From: Phoronis australis
Taxonomy: Eukaryota > Animalia > Phoronida
DNA length: 64,000 nt
NCBI GenBank assembly: GCA_002633005.1
Contig: NMRA01000003.1
Span: 2,040,727 to 2,104,726, forward strand
Direction of reading: 5' to 3'
The notes beneath the pieces are model-generated. The model ran no database searches. It worked only from the letters and a program-made list of their open reading frames with translations, and was not told where the DNA came from. Within the stretch, counting starts at the first letter, position 1; each line of letters opens with the position of its first letter. This document shows positions 24,055 to 37,842 of the stretch, piece after piece. The translations under genes were made by a program, and so were the position numbers.

Positions 24055-24808
24055 AAGGGGTACTCGACTATATTTTGAAGGGGCGCAGCTAGAAAATTAA
24101 GTTAACCACCCATCTACAAGCGTGCACTGGAAAAGGGACCCGTTTGTTCAAGAAACACAAGCCATTTGAAGGGGTTAATTGCCAAAAATGTTACTTGACC
24201 ATATCATAGGAATTCTTGACTGAACAGCTCTCGTTTAAAGGAAGCTCAAAGCAGAATAAAAAGATACGCCATGCTATGTAAACGCGAAGGTCTTTCGTAA
24301 ACGAGGCTTTAAAAACATAGATATTATGAAGAAGAAACTAAATTTTGAGTCAACATCACCTACTGTTATGTAATTGGTCTCGGCCCTTTCCTTACTAAGA
24401 CGAGAAGTGGTTTTTGGTTTTACAAACTCCGTTGTTCCTAAAAATCATGCTCGTCGAATAAAATGTCACGTGACAAGCCAACGCGTCGAGTTTGGTCTCG
24501 AGCAATTATTTGTCGACTCTCTCCAAGACCAAAAATCACACCTATTTTATGGACTAAGGAACACATCGATACCAATTTCGAAACGGTAAGTGGTCTAAAT
24601 CAAAAATTGTTTATGTGACACAAGGCGGGTTTATAATCGCTTCAAACCCCTTCAGTAGGTTTTTTGTAAGTGGGAAACGGAACATTCTACAGAGTTTTGG
24701 ACACTATCAACGGGAACCCTATCAGTTTTTCCAAGATAACCTTGTGGGAAGTCATCCGTCTGAGCGGCGTGTCCCGTATACCTTGTTAAAGGGGAGTACC
24801 CCCGCGGT
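24055..24808. mobile_element. Degenerate GGGGTACTC...GAGTACCCCC element with a nested MITE family A copy (~24300-24648)
   Basis: Inverted termini GGGGTACTC (24057) and GAGTACCCCC (~24794); the inner segment matches 845-1180. Confidence 0.55.
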
Positions 24809-27800
24809 CATTTCACTCAGACAAGTAAACTGCCGGATATCAATCTTCAAGGTGTCCAGCGACTGTTTCTCAAAACAAGTTTGTTAATAAATCGCCGTTG
24901 ACAAACATGCGTCACGTCTGACGGCTTCGCTCTGCAGGCAAACGGGATATTCTGACAAGGAAGATAGAAACTTTCCCGGGAAATAGTGATAAGACGTAGT
25001 GGCCCGAGTATAACTAGGTAAGCTTAAACACAGTCTTCCACCTTCTCAGTAACTTCATCAATGGAATTTGACTCCAAACCAATTTAGTGTTTTTCTAGTG
25101 ATGCATCAGTAAAACTGAACTTTTTCGCAAATCGATAGTAAAAACCCGCGAGTACTACTCTCCAATACCGAAGGTAGGGAAACATCCTCCATTTTGACAA
25201 CCGGTCGAGGCCGTACTGGGGGCAAGTGTTCCTCAGAGCTTGCTTAAAATAAAATTAAAAAGAGAACATTTGACAACAACTGGTGTCGGATTTACTATGT
25301 AAGTGGGACCCCTGTCGGGCTGCAAAGCACAAAATTTTGAAAATGGCTCCCACGCCTTTTCTACGAAAAAGATTGACAGTAAATCACCTAACAGGCCAGA
25401 ACCATATCTTAAAAGTCAGAACTCATTTGTTTTGACTGGTGGTAAAACAATTCTACAGACGCGGAGCCAGAGAGAGACGCGTGTCAGAATCTTAAACAGT
25501 GTTCTTTCAACAGCTGAAAGAGCTCGCAAAATATTTAAAACGAGGTGATGAGGACCTTTCCCAGCTGTTTTCTCCAGACGTCTCTCCCGACTGCCACTTT
25601 CACTGGTAGAGTAGTGAAACAAGGCAATGGGTTTTTCAGACACAAACACAAGTTTCATAAATAAATTGAACGATGTGTCGTAAATAACAAGTGTGAAAGA
25701 TGGAAATAGTCTTTCTCTTTGTGTTTCATTGCACATCATTTATGTTATGCGGGCAAATCAACGTAGCTGCAGACACGATCATACACAAAAGCACACATGG
25801 TCTCCTCGGTGACACGTGCGCACGGGCGCCCGCGGCAATCTAGACTCAATATTTACGTCATTCCTTCAAAATATGCTTTGAGAACCCTATAATCTAGGCA
25901 AAAAACGCAAATATTCACATCAGTTGAATACAAGTGAGAAACTAAATATCGGAAATAAAAGAACTTGCAGCAGATCAATTCGCTGTTAATTCTTTAAGAA
26001 TCGCTTTTTCGAGAAGCCAAGTTTTAATTAATTTCCCGCGATTGTAGTTCCGGCTCAAACCGAGAAACTTGTGAGCACATGCGCAATATTGATGTAAGAG
26101 AGAATCTAGCAACTGTTATATGAATATTTTGTAATTTCTAAGTTATAGACAGGCGCCTTTATCAAGCAGACAGTTATTATTTATAGTCACTATACACTTT
26201 TCTCAGTTAGACACAAGTTGGAAAAACGTACATCAAAGCAACGAAGCACCTGCTAACGACAGGGATGCTGTCAAAAACAAATGAAACAGACACAATTTGC
26301 ATATATAACAGAAGAGATTTATATTTGTCATTTGGCTAAGTCAATCTAGGCAGCTGCACGTTATCCAATCAATCGTCCAGTTTTGACAAGAAAAGATAAA
26401 TGTTAGAGATAATCGAATCCACGACAACAGTCCCGGATGGTACTAACACAAGCAGCAATGTATTGAAGTTTTTCAGTCGCCATTTTTTATCCCGTTTTGA
26501 ATGACAATTTGTTTCACCGCCAGTATTTACAATCAACTCCGTTAAACCTTGACACAAGTAAAGGACACTGATGTGAAATGTCTTCAGGTCGATGCTCTTG
26601 AGTCAACCAGCAAATTAACCAAGCCAAAAAGTAAATAGGACACAAAAGAATGGCAAAACAAATGGAAATACGGTTACGCTAGGATGCTTGATGCGTAAAA
26701 AGCGAATTTAACATGAGCGACACCAGTTTCCTCATTATCAACACAATTCCCAAATGGAAGGTCATCGAGTGCGATATAGCAAGCTCTTTGCAACCGTCGC
26801 ACCAAATTAAATTGATAATCTATACACGTTTTCCCCACAAAAATAAACTAAGATAAGATGATTATTATCACAAGTATTTCATGAAATGTCCAGTAGTCTG
26901 GGTAATCTGTGCTTTCTAGTCCACGCGGCAAAATCGGCAAATATGTCTGTAACACTATAAAAGGAATAATTTCTACAAGTTCACAGGACCCACATGTTTG
27001 CAAGACTTTTTCGCATTCTTTTTTACAAAAGATCAAATTGTTGGAAAAGTTCCTACTGAACTGATTCAACCGCGCATTTCAAACTAACAGTTTGTCAATG
27101 AACGAAGGAAGAACTCTAAACACGTCCATAACAACAAAGATTTGTAGTGATTTCCATCAAGTTTTAAATAGAAATAGAACCAAAAAGCTCTGCAATTTAA
27201 AGACATACTATGTAAATCAATAGTCTATAAATTACAAATTTTGATGAGCGAATGGCCACCAGCGCTGCGGGTGCGTTCCTGTCAGGACCAGAGATTAGAA
27301 TTGTATGATTTCGTCATTGCTGAAACAACTCGACAAACAAGTAGCAACCTATGTTACTGAATTAATGAATTGAATTTTTTCGAACGCTGGGCATTATAAT
27401 GTGTACATTTGTTCTATCACTGCCATTTTCTATCACATGTTCCAGTTTGACATCATTTTTAGAGTCAGTTAGACCCATTGATTGTTTAGTACTTAGTTGA
27501 ACTGAACTTCATCACTTTTGTTATATGCGTACATTGTTGTGAGCGTTGAAGCTATATTCTTCAATTTTTGCTTTTTTAATCTATTTGTTAACATTTTCGT
27601 TGGACTATCGTAACTTTATATTGTGAAACCATCGTTCATGTTTTGATAGTCAATAACAAACAACTACTACTACTACTAAATCTGACAAGCCTACAGATAT
27701 TTCAAAACATTAGTTACATAACTTGTCAATTAAGCTTCAAGACATGTTCTCTCAGCATTCCGTCCCATCAAGCACACAGCAAAGTACAAAGAGGCTGGTG

Positions 27801-28017
27801 GTTTCCAGTGCCGTTTAACAGAACGGAATAACAAGTTGAGACCAGATTTAGAACGGAAAATGGGCTCAATTAAAAGTTATTTTTTGACGGAAATGGTTTC
27901 ATTGATATCAGCTTTAATTCATACGTTAGCTTTTTATAACGTGCATACTCTATGGGAAAATAAAGCAAGTAAGTTATAAAGATGATGTTCATAAAAATAT
28001 TATCAATAATCACTTGC

Positions 28018-28095
28018 AGGGGTCTCGTATTTTGAGAACGAGTTTGACACGCGTTATTCAGTGGTGAAAATTAATTCTCGAATTGCGGGATCCCT
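28018..28095. mobile_element. Short MITE related to ~7447-7530
   Basis: CAGGGGTCTCGTATTTTGAGAAC start shared with 7447; inverted end CGGGATCCCTG. Confidence 0.55.
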
Positions 28096-29329
28096 GCAAG
28101 CGGCTAAGTATTGTTGGGTTACTCCATCCCAACCTTGACCGTCATCCTCGTCAACTATTCTTCAACAAACTGGACAGCAATGAACTAAATGCGAATAAAC
28201 CCGACTTATCACGGAAATTATCAAATCGACTGAGAGAGCTGCAAGCGCGAAACATTGAAATCGGTCAATGATTATTCAAGTAGTGCAGTACGTTACAGAT
28301 CCAGAGTGCTATGCACCACAACAAACGTCTTGACTGTTGATGCTTGTCAGGATGGTGCCAAGATAAGGGCGGACCACACAGGGTTGATGATGGCTGCTGT
28401 CAGGGGATTGAACTATCCGGCATCAAGTTGGCGTGCAGTAACACGTATATTGGGCACTTATTGCTCTAGCCATAACATGTCTCACCGAACATGACTCGAA
28501 TTAAAAAACCAAGACTGACTGGGTTCCCTAAAAATTAAAATGCAACAAACGGGGGAGGCAGTAACAGCATTGGATGATCAGGTCAGTGAGGCGAAGAGTC
28601 TGTACGAGAGAGATCAAGCAGATGATGTCCGCTGCTTCATGGGGTGGTGGAGCGATACGAGAGGTGGTAAGGAAACTTCCCCATACAAATTAGGCTCAAT
28701 AGGTCTATAAAAACGTGATTAGCGACGTCTTATTGTTGTGTAACACAGCAAAATATTTATTTCTTACTGGAAACATAGAACTTCCCCATAAGATGGCGTG
28801 ATGATTTTGGGTTTTGAATAATAGACGTTCGTTTTCCGCATGTCAATATTCACACTTTTGAAAATTTGTCAATGAAAAATGAAACGCCAAAATTTTAACA
28901 AAGAGAAGCAATTCAAGTGCAGAAAAAAACGAAGCCGCATTTACCTTTACCAATCTCTTTGAGTACTATAGAGATTGCATGGGATTGAAAGAAATACACC
29001 TAGGCCTACATACGGCAGTACTTTGCATTGGTTATTTGACACGTTGTCGACACTGCATAAATTATCAGTAAATCTTATAAATGAGTTATGTCTATCAAGC
29101 TTATGTGAACGGTTTAAACGAATCCATCCTCAGTTCTAATCCTACAAATTATACAAAAATACGAGACCTGGAAGTACAAAAAGTACAAACACTTGAGTGT
29201 CAAGAATAACGTTTCCAGATAAATTTCGTTGATCTTTTCAGAAACAACAGACGTCACACCAAACGAGTACAAAACTTTAAAAACGAACCAGGCCATTACA
29301 AAGAAACTGTTACATTTTGAATGCTGAGG

Positions 29330-29800
29330 CGGCTACATACAAACGCCTTCCATCACCAAAAACAAATTCGGATTTATATCCCTTACCGGTATGAAAATGG
29401 TCTCAAATTTCTCCTCAGGCAAATTGAAGAGTTCAGAGTTTTAAAAGAACTAAGTTAAAGTTAGTTATTGCAAGAGACCACGGACAAGTTGGCATGTCAC
29501 ACTGTGTCATTTTATGTGGCGAGCATAGCGTTCAAGAATAACGCACTGTCAGTTACTTTGCAAACCCAGAAATCCCTGAGTAAGAAATAAAATTGGCCAA
29601 TTTTTATTGTAAGCAGTGGCGGATTTAGAGAAGGGCCAGATTCCATTGGGCAGTTCGGGGGTGCGAATGTCTGATGGGCACAATCCTGGCTAATACTCTG
29701 CCCCGCCACCCCAACTCAAAATTCTGGATCCGCCCCTGGTAAGTGGTCTAAATAAAAGTTCGCTTCTTCTACGAAACGCGGATTCAAAGCCAATATAAAG
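29330..29800. mobile_element. MITE family A, copy 4 (reverse orientation), interrupted by a younger MITE
   Basis: GGCGAGCATAGCGTTCAAGAATA resembles the reverse complement of the copy-1 core; the GTAAG|TGGTCTAAAT terminus is split by the insertion. Confidence 0.55.
29614..29738. mobile_element. 125-bp MITE with CAGTGGCGGAT/ATCCGCCCCTG TIRs and a 5-bp TSD
   Basis: TSD GTAAG at 29609-29613 and 29739-29743. Confidence 0.9.
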
Positions 29801-30987
29801 TTGCATTTCGCCGATTTGCAGGTCTACGCTCATAAAATCGGTCTATAGTATACTAGTTTATAGAGCGGACCAACCGGAAAGTCGCAAATGGCGCATGTTC
29901 AAATTACCTGTGACTTGAGTTACTGACGGAAACAAAACAACATTACGGTGAGGATAAGTAATATTATGACGCCGATTTCATGATATGGTAGTAAAAGGGC
30001 TAATTTGATTTTCCCTTTTTTAGCCCGCAACACAGTGCGATATGCAGCTTTGGCAGCTCCATCAATTCTTCTATAATACTTTATTCAATCGATTAGAAAC
30101 GCGTTTAAAGATGCACTCCTTTACAGTACACAAAAGACAGATCGAGACACGCTAGGGTTTTGTTAGACAAAAATTCTAAATTCACTGATTTATTATAGGT
30201 GAAGCAATAAAGAAGATTTATGCCTCATTACTAACCATAAAGCCACAAACACATAAAATGCTCTCCTTTGAACTTACAACTTTTGATGTGTCTTTATGGG
30301 TATGCTCGAGGAAACGGGCTCTGGCAAGTATCACAGATAAAAGAAGTTCAAGTCAATTGCGAACATTTATTTCCAGACGGTATCGTTTGATAAATGTGAC
30401 AAAGAGAGTTCTGCATATAGCACTTTTTACATTGCTCCAACGTAACCGAGATTGTTGAACGAGTTTAACATCACAAATGTCACTGAACTGAGGACAAATA
30501 GAGAAGTTTTTAACCGACACTGGCGCACGAAAAATACTGTCGCATTCGTAAGTAAAATGTAACTCCGATGGACCACCAATAGGTTAAATCGAATACTCAC
30601 AGGCCTGCCTATAAAAAATAAATGTATAACATGCCCATGCCACACACAAAACAGTCACTGTCCCACTTAGAAATTATTCTGATGCATAACATGTGTACAT
30701 TTCATCAGTTGCACGTGCATAAACTGCAGTTGGCAAACACAGTTTCTTTTGAAGTTTGGAAACAGTTTCAAATGGCACATGGAGGTAAAAGGGCCAATTG
30801 TGTTGGCGTGAAAAAACAGCAAAAAACCACATGTTGTGTATGTGGACTATAAACAGGTGGTCATACGAACGAGGATTGAAGCAACAATCATTGACAGCCA
30901 TCAGTAAAATTGACTGACAGTGTAGCGTTACGACGGCAGAAGTGGTCACATGCTATGCGCTGTATACCTTCACTTTCAACTATAACT

Positions 30988-31096
30988 GGGGGGGGGGGGG
31001 GNNNNNNNNNNNNNNNNNNNNNNNNNNNNNNNNNNNNNNNNNNNNNNNNNNNNNNNNNNNNNNNNNNNNNNNNNNNNNGGGGGGGGGGGGGGGGGG
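30988..31096. other. Poly-G tract with assembly gap
   Basis: N run at 31002-31078 flanked by G homopolymers. Confidence 0.95.
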
Positions 31097-34000
31097 TATA
31101 TTCTTAAAGCCCCGCTACCTCACCGGATGATTCTGAAGACTATACAGCCTCGTTCCAGCCTTCAGCACGCAGTTGGCTTCGTGCAAGCCTTACCGTATTC
31201 ACTTCCTTATTTGGAAAGTCACGTGAGTTGATAAGCGTAATAGGTGTCACTCAGTGCTGGACATTACTCACTGAACTAACTCTAGCGCAAGTACTCAGCG
31301 CATATCAACATGGAATTAAAAGTAAAAGAGAATTATTGTGATGAGAGGACCAATCCACGCCCTTCTTGAGAGGACCAGTTACTCTACGTCATTTCTATTG
31401 ACCAATCATGAGCTAGAAGAAATCTGTACTACTCTAATGATTACGTAGAAATGAAAGTATTCAGAACGTAGGAAGAACCCGCACCGCTGAGTTCCGGGGA
31501 ACGTCCATTTCCGGAAGTGAATTTGCGTTCCGGGCAAAGAAACTGAAGCCCCCAGGGACCTTTTTCTGAAATTATGGTAGGGTTATTACGGCAACTCACA
31601 TGTTGCCGACTACAACGCTCTCATTTAGCAGTGGACTTTATAAGTGCTACTAAAGGAACAAAGTGACTGCACGTAAGATTAGAAAATTCAAGTCGCATAA
31701 AGTGACACTCGCATGTATTCATGGGGTTCCCAGAACTTACGAATTCCAATAGTGTACCACCATCTGAAGAGTAGGTGGCAACCACTGGACTAATTACTAA
31801 TTATTAACGTGTGAACGCGAATTGATCTGATGACATAGAGAAGTCCAGCGACGTCTCCGTTAACAAGTCATCGACAAACTTGAAACAGCGACACGTTGTC
31901 ACATTTTCCAAAACTTCGTTTCGTGTCAAAAACGATCCGGAAAGGTTCCCATGAGGCGTTGCATCCGGAAGAGCTCCCACGGGGAAATCTGTGATACGTA
32001 ACATCCTCTTTCTGGGTACAATGGCCATTTTTAAGGTATATAACTACTTATTGTCAAAGAGTTCTTAAACCATTACCTTCTGCGTCGTTATACTCTGTAG
32101 CCTGTTTAATTGTCACAGTGACGAACAGCTGTCAGGCTAATCACGTGACTTTCCAGATAAGGTAGTCAACATATCCAACAACTTGACTTAATTTTCCGGT
32201 TTGCACTACAGGATCCAATGTGTTAATTGGGTCCTGTGTATCCACGAAGCCGATTGCGCGCCAGAGTCCGGAAAAATCGTCATTCTTTCATTCACCTTCG
32301 GATCAACAGGTCAGGATGTCACATTTTTAAATAAGGAACATGCACATTGCATCACCGGACGAAACCCGCGAAGTGACAAGTGTTTGACAAATCGTTTTCT
32401 AAAATTTGGAACGAAAAAAAAACAATACTTTTCGTGGCATGGAGATTAACAATTTTTACGAAGAAACATAACATTAACTGTTAAAAATGCAGACATAATT
32501 AATTAGCTGTCTGAGTAACAGTTGAATGATATAAATTTGAGTTGTTACACGGCACAACCACTTTAAAACGTGACAATTACCAGGAAAGCATCATGAGAAC
32601 AGAAATGGAGGTATTCTGTTTCTTCGATTATCAAGGTCCTTGAAAGTTCAACTTTTTTACATTCCAGTTAACACATGCGAAACAGCAAGGAGTGACGACA
32701 GAAACGTATCTGTCCACGGACACAACACGATCCAGAATTTATAAGCGGTTTATGGAAATAATCTAACATTTCAAAGCTACTTGACAGTTATATGTGCCTG
32801 CTGTTTATATCTGATATCCATCTGTCAAACTTCAAACAGAACCGCCAAGGAACTACGAGACAAACTGCAGTTCACCTCTGACATTGATAGAAGAAGACAG
32901 CTGATGGCGGGTGCCACGCACAATCCAACATGGCGACCAAATTAGCGTAAAGCAAAGAGACAAGTGGTCACTGCATGGGAGATCAAAGACCAGCACTCGA
33001 TGGCAACAACAAAACGACCCAGCCATTATACAGGTTATGACCATAAATAAGGCAGCCGGTGAGGAATCAAACTAGGTGAATACCTTCCAAACAGTGGCCA
33101 CAGATCAAAATAACCATTACGTAAGGTCAGGTCAAAAAGGCAAAACACTAAACATTGCAGCTAAAAGTCATTACGGCATTCTTGGGAAAGTTGCAACCAA
33201 CAGGTTCTTCGAAGTGATCATGGAGTCACAGCATTTTGTGGAGGACAGTCTATTCTGAGTTTCTGGAAACCATGGCCATCAGCGCAACACAAGCACGAAT
33301 GATTGTAGTTAATTCTGTTTGCAATTTTCCGTGACAGTGTACAAGGCAATAATAAATGAGAGAGCGTTCATACATCTACCTAATTGTTTCCAATAAAATC
33401 AGAAAGGTAGCACACAAATGGGTCAATGATAATAAAATATGTAAAACAGCAGAGCTGAAAGGCGAGTCTGGACTTTATTTAGACTGCACGCTGTACATTA
33501 TTTAGTAGTTTTCAAATGAAATCGTGGTTATCGAATGTCTAAGATGTAGGAAACAATTTACTAACATCAAAGAAATCCCTACTTGAAACATGACTAATGT
33601 TTGCGGCTGACAAATTTCACGTCTCACCCTCTCTCTTATCCCGCACCAACAAGGTTTAATTCAAAATTGTCTGGCGATCGTTGGGCAGATATGGGCACAG
33701 TACCACATCACTGAAACGGTGGTCTGCTCGAGAATGGTCATCTTCAGTCATTAAAATGTGTATCTCAGACAACAAGCAATCATTGTCTACGCAGTTTTAA
33801 TTAGCAACGAAACACTCTTTCAAACCTGCATATTTTCACAGTTAAACTAAAAAAACATTTAAAAGTTGGTGAGTCTTTCAACATAACTTCCCGACTGGGT
33901 TTTAGTGCTAACGAGTCTAATCACACCTCTAGCTGTTTACTAACTGCAGAGGTGATCTCAAGACAGCCCACAGATATTTAATAAATAAAACTCTTCAAGT

Positions 34001-36246
34001 TTACAAAGCTGTCATTCTTCAGAAACTAAAGGTCAGAGAGTGAGTAATGAGTAGCGCCATATAGTGGGGATTCAGTACACGGCATTCTCATTGATTTTAG
34101 TTAGCAAGTAACACCGATGGGACAGGGTATAATTCTCATCACTTTATAGAGCATCAACTGCATAACCACACACACCTAATAGGGACAAATCCGACATTTG
34201 AACGAAGTTTTATGTCAAACTGGAGATGAAACTTATCAGCATTTTTTGCATTTCAGTTGGATACAAAACATTAGGTGCAGATCCCCGGGCAACGAAACCA
34301 CTGTGATAGTATGATAAAGTGAATAAACTAAAGTTAATTTCGTTCACTGAAAAATTGAGTCTTTTTAAGGAATAATTATTGCACAAATGCTGAGCAACCC
34401 TGAGTCAAGTAACCCATCCTGCTGGCGAGTTAAGGGAATAAAATCTCACCAATTTAGAACACCATATGGCGGTCAAGAGAAATTTATTTTCTCATATTTT
34501 GTAAATGATATGCAGCACCAAAAGGCTGTCTTACCGTGATCAAGTTCTGTATAGTAGCTACTGTCAGAAATCATTTAAAATTGTGTGCATTCGTATCTAT
34601 GTTAGAAGACCCAGAAAAAAGAAAATTGGGGAATTATTTTTGTCTGAACTTGAACAAATTTTACCGTAGTCATTGACAATGGTAGATAACTTCTCGTTAA
34701 CAATTCGCAAAATTTCATCGAAATAAAAACTTCCGGCTTATTTCCAAATCAATGTTATTAGTTTGTTACCATTCTCAGTTTCACCAAACCTCGACAAACC
34801 GCCGTTTGAGCGCCGGGTCTTTCGGGGTCCAATGTAGTGCGTGTCCGGTTCTATGCGTTTTCGATGTTCCTACTGCAGAACAGGCAACACAACGATTCAT
34901 CATTGTTTGAAAAACTACGCGTAATAAACAAAAAATAACGACTAATTACTACGAACTATAAAAATACTATATGTAGAACCGAATCGCTAATTATTACCAA
35001 TAAAACAAAATATTGACCACTTTTCAAACGAGCACATTCAGACACAAGGAAAAAATGGGGCCAATAAGGACAAGTTCCTGAACTGACACACACGGAATTG
35101 TGGGTACGGAAATTATCGCTGGCAGCCGATGATTCTCCGCTCACAGAGCCGGATCAAATACAGTAGTAAAAATGCTTCTAGAACGAAAATAGAGAATAAT
35201 AAAACGCAAATGTATAGGACGTAAGCTTTTATTTGGCAAGTATTTTCTGGTACAGGAAACAGATTGACAGATAAGGTCTTTAAAGGTCATGTAGGACCCG
35301 TAATTATTGACAAGTCTGAGTATTTAGCCAAATATCAACATAGGAAAGCTTTAGATTTTAACTACTAGTGAAGTACACATTTTGCGACACTAAACGCCTA
35401 CAGAAGGCGATTGTTTTGATTCAGAAATCACTCATTCATTAGTGTACTGATCATGTCTTATTAGTAAAATGTAGCAAAAAAGGTACAGTCGTAATAGCAA
35501 AATAACCAGATCTCAATAACACAGCTAAATTTCATTTGATATAAACGCTCAACATGCTGTCTCAGAAATTCTGAAACAAATTTTCAAATTGACATTTTGC
35601 TTTTGTTTCATGCAATTTTTGATTTTTTTTTTCATAAAAGCCACATTTTATAGCCCCACAAGTTAGAGTGAAACTTTTTAAAACAATTTCTACAAGTGTT
35701 TTGGACAACAGTGCGTAAAGCATAGTACCCGAAATTTTCATATGAATCAGCCATTTCTGAGATATGACGTTCCAAATTTAGGCAATTTTGAACATTCTTA
35801 AGGCATGGCTTTATGAAATGTTAAGACAAAGCGTTTTTACAGGATGATAATTATTGATATTAAAATCATATACAAATTGAAGGAGAGACAACAAAATGTT
35901 AGCAGGTCACCTGCTGCATTGGCAACAAAGTGAAAGGAACGTTTTTGTCTTCAGGTGAAACACAAAATGCTTAAATTTCATGAATTCTGCACAAAAATAA
36001 TTCTAAAAATAAAACTTTCTTCATTTTTCGAAGGTTTCTGATACTGTTGTGAATACCCACAAATTCTAAAAATATTGTGTGATGGTAGATGTGTTTTAAG
36101 ATGTTAAAGAATTTATTTGGTGCTTACATACATTTTATGAAAAACAACTGTCCTAATTTCAATACATAATTTTCTGCATACAAATTTTAGTCAGTGTGCA
36201 AAACAGTCGGACAGTAAATATTTTACCATTGAAACTCAATTTACAA

Positions 36247-36390
36247 CAGTGGGTCCAGAGTATGGCCATAGCTATGGAAACTCACCATCATTATCAGTGG
36301 GTCCAGAGTATGGCCATAGCTATGGAAACTCACCATCATTATCAGTGGGTCCAGAGTATGGCCATTGCTATGGAAACTCACCATCATTAT
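36247..36390. repeat. 48-bp tandem repeat, 3 near-identical copies
   Basis: CAGTGGGTCCAGAGTATGGCCATAGCTATGGAAACTCACCATCATTAT x3. Confidence 0.95.
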
Positions 36391-37408
36391 CAAAAGATGC
36401 CTAGGGTAATCACAACAAATACACAAATAAATCAATCAAGTTTACAAAAACATTTACTGTTCCGTTGTATTTCTTTAGGCAGACAAAGCAGTAGAATAAT
36501 AAACAGTGATTTGATAGAGCTTATTTTAAATGTTGGAAGACAAGTGCTCTCTACAAACATTGCATATGGTGGTAGGGGACTTGATGTTCTTTCAACGATT
36601 TCCTTGTACTACAGTAAGTTAAGAGGAACCCACTTCATCCAAAGCGCCCCAACAAAACTGAAAAAGAACAGAGATAACATAACTTGTCACAGAAACACAA
36701 TCAAGATGAAACATTTTTCGCAGCCTGTGTTCTTACCACATCTTAAATGTTTCAGGTAATAAAATTCTCCTCATCAGACAGTTAAGTTTTATAGGGATAT
36801 AAATTTTTAATTTATGAGGAATCAAACGTTGACAAAAGTTATATGTTAAACAGCTTAAGGTTGAAATTCGCCAGGTCAAACTGAAGGCACATATTTAACA
36901 AAAGAGAGAACAACCATTAGCTGAGAGGCAAAGAATCATTAGCCAGAAAAGAATGACCGATGATGAATTATTATAGCCAACACTGAGCACATAATGCTGA
37001 AACCATTCATTAAATGGATGCCCATAACCATATGTGGTCCATTGCAAAGAGATAAAATCATGTTGTCAACGCATTTGTCTTATCCAGCTATCAGGTGAAA
37101 CTGTGTTAATTGTGTTTTATCAAAGGGGCCACTCACTTATAAATCACCACCTTTATGTGAATTTTCACCAGGGAGCACATTTTTACTATAAATCACTCAG
37201 CATGACCAACGGTGCACTGACAAGTGGTACCATTATTCAAGGATTGCTGATGGATCACTTTTTCATTGTGAATAACACCCGTTATGGGAGTACCTCTGAA
37301 GTCAGCATGCAGTCAGCAATGTTCAATCAGTTGTGTCTCCATCCAACTAATTATCAGTCAAAAACTGCTGTGGTTGAGTGGGAACTGAGGTGGTGACACG
37401 CAAATGAC

Positions 37409-37467
37409 CACAACCATGACTGTGGTCATCTGGTGACAACAGCCATGACTGTGGTCATCTGGTGACA
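37409..37467. repeat. ~30-bp tandem duplication
   Basis: CCATGACTGTGGTCATCTGGTGACA twice. Confidence 0.85.
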
Positions 37468-37636
37468 GGAAAACAATGTGATGCACAAACAAAAACACTC
37501 CCACAAGCTTATTATCAGTAAATCAGCATTCATTTAACTTGAGATAAAATGTTTACCAAGTTAATACAGGATTCTATGGCCAACTAAGCAACAATCAAAT
37601 TGTTTTACCCAAAGGCATCATCCACATCAACTTGCT

Positions 37637-37842
37637 TGAGGAGACAGTGTGGCTCTGTGGTAAGAGCTCCGCACTCCTGCATGAGAGACCTGGGTTCAAA
37701 TCCTGGCTTCAATGGCTTGAGCATTGCACAAAGATGTCTCCTATTCCTCTGAGCTTGCTCTTACTTGTGAATGTGTGCAAGGGAGTGAATGAGAAGCTGG
37801 ATGTAATGCAAAGCGATTTCTGAGGCTGTACTCCTATTTAAA
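37637..37842 (+). mobile_element. Full-length tRNA-derived SINE with a 13-bp TSD
   Basis: A-box TGGCTCTGTGG at 37650-37660; B-box GGTTCAAATCC at 37693-37703; L2-like tail TGCAAAGCG...CTATTTAAA; TSD ACATCAACTTGCT at 37624-37636 and 37843-37855. Confidence 0.85.

Noticed and set aside
30910-31130. Gly-rich ORFs
   Set aside because: Artefacts of the poly-G tract and the N gap
36196-36759. 187-aa ORF with QWVQSMAIAMETHHHY repeats
   Set aside because: Starts at GTG, length is inflated by the in-frame 48-bp tandem repeat, and no domain is recognisable
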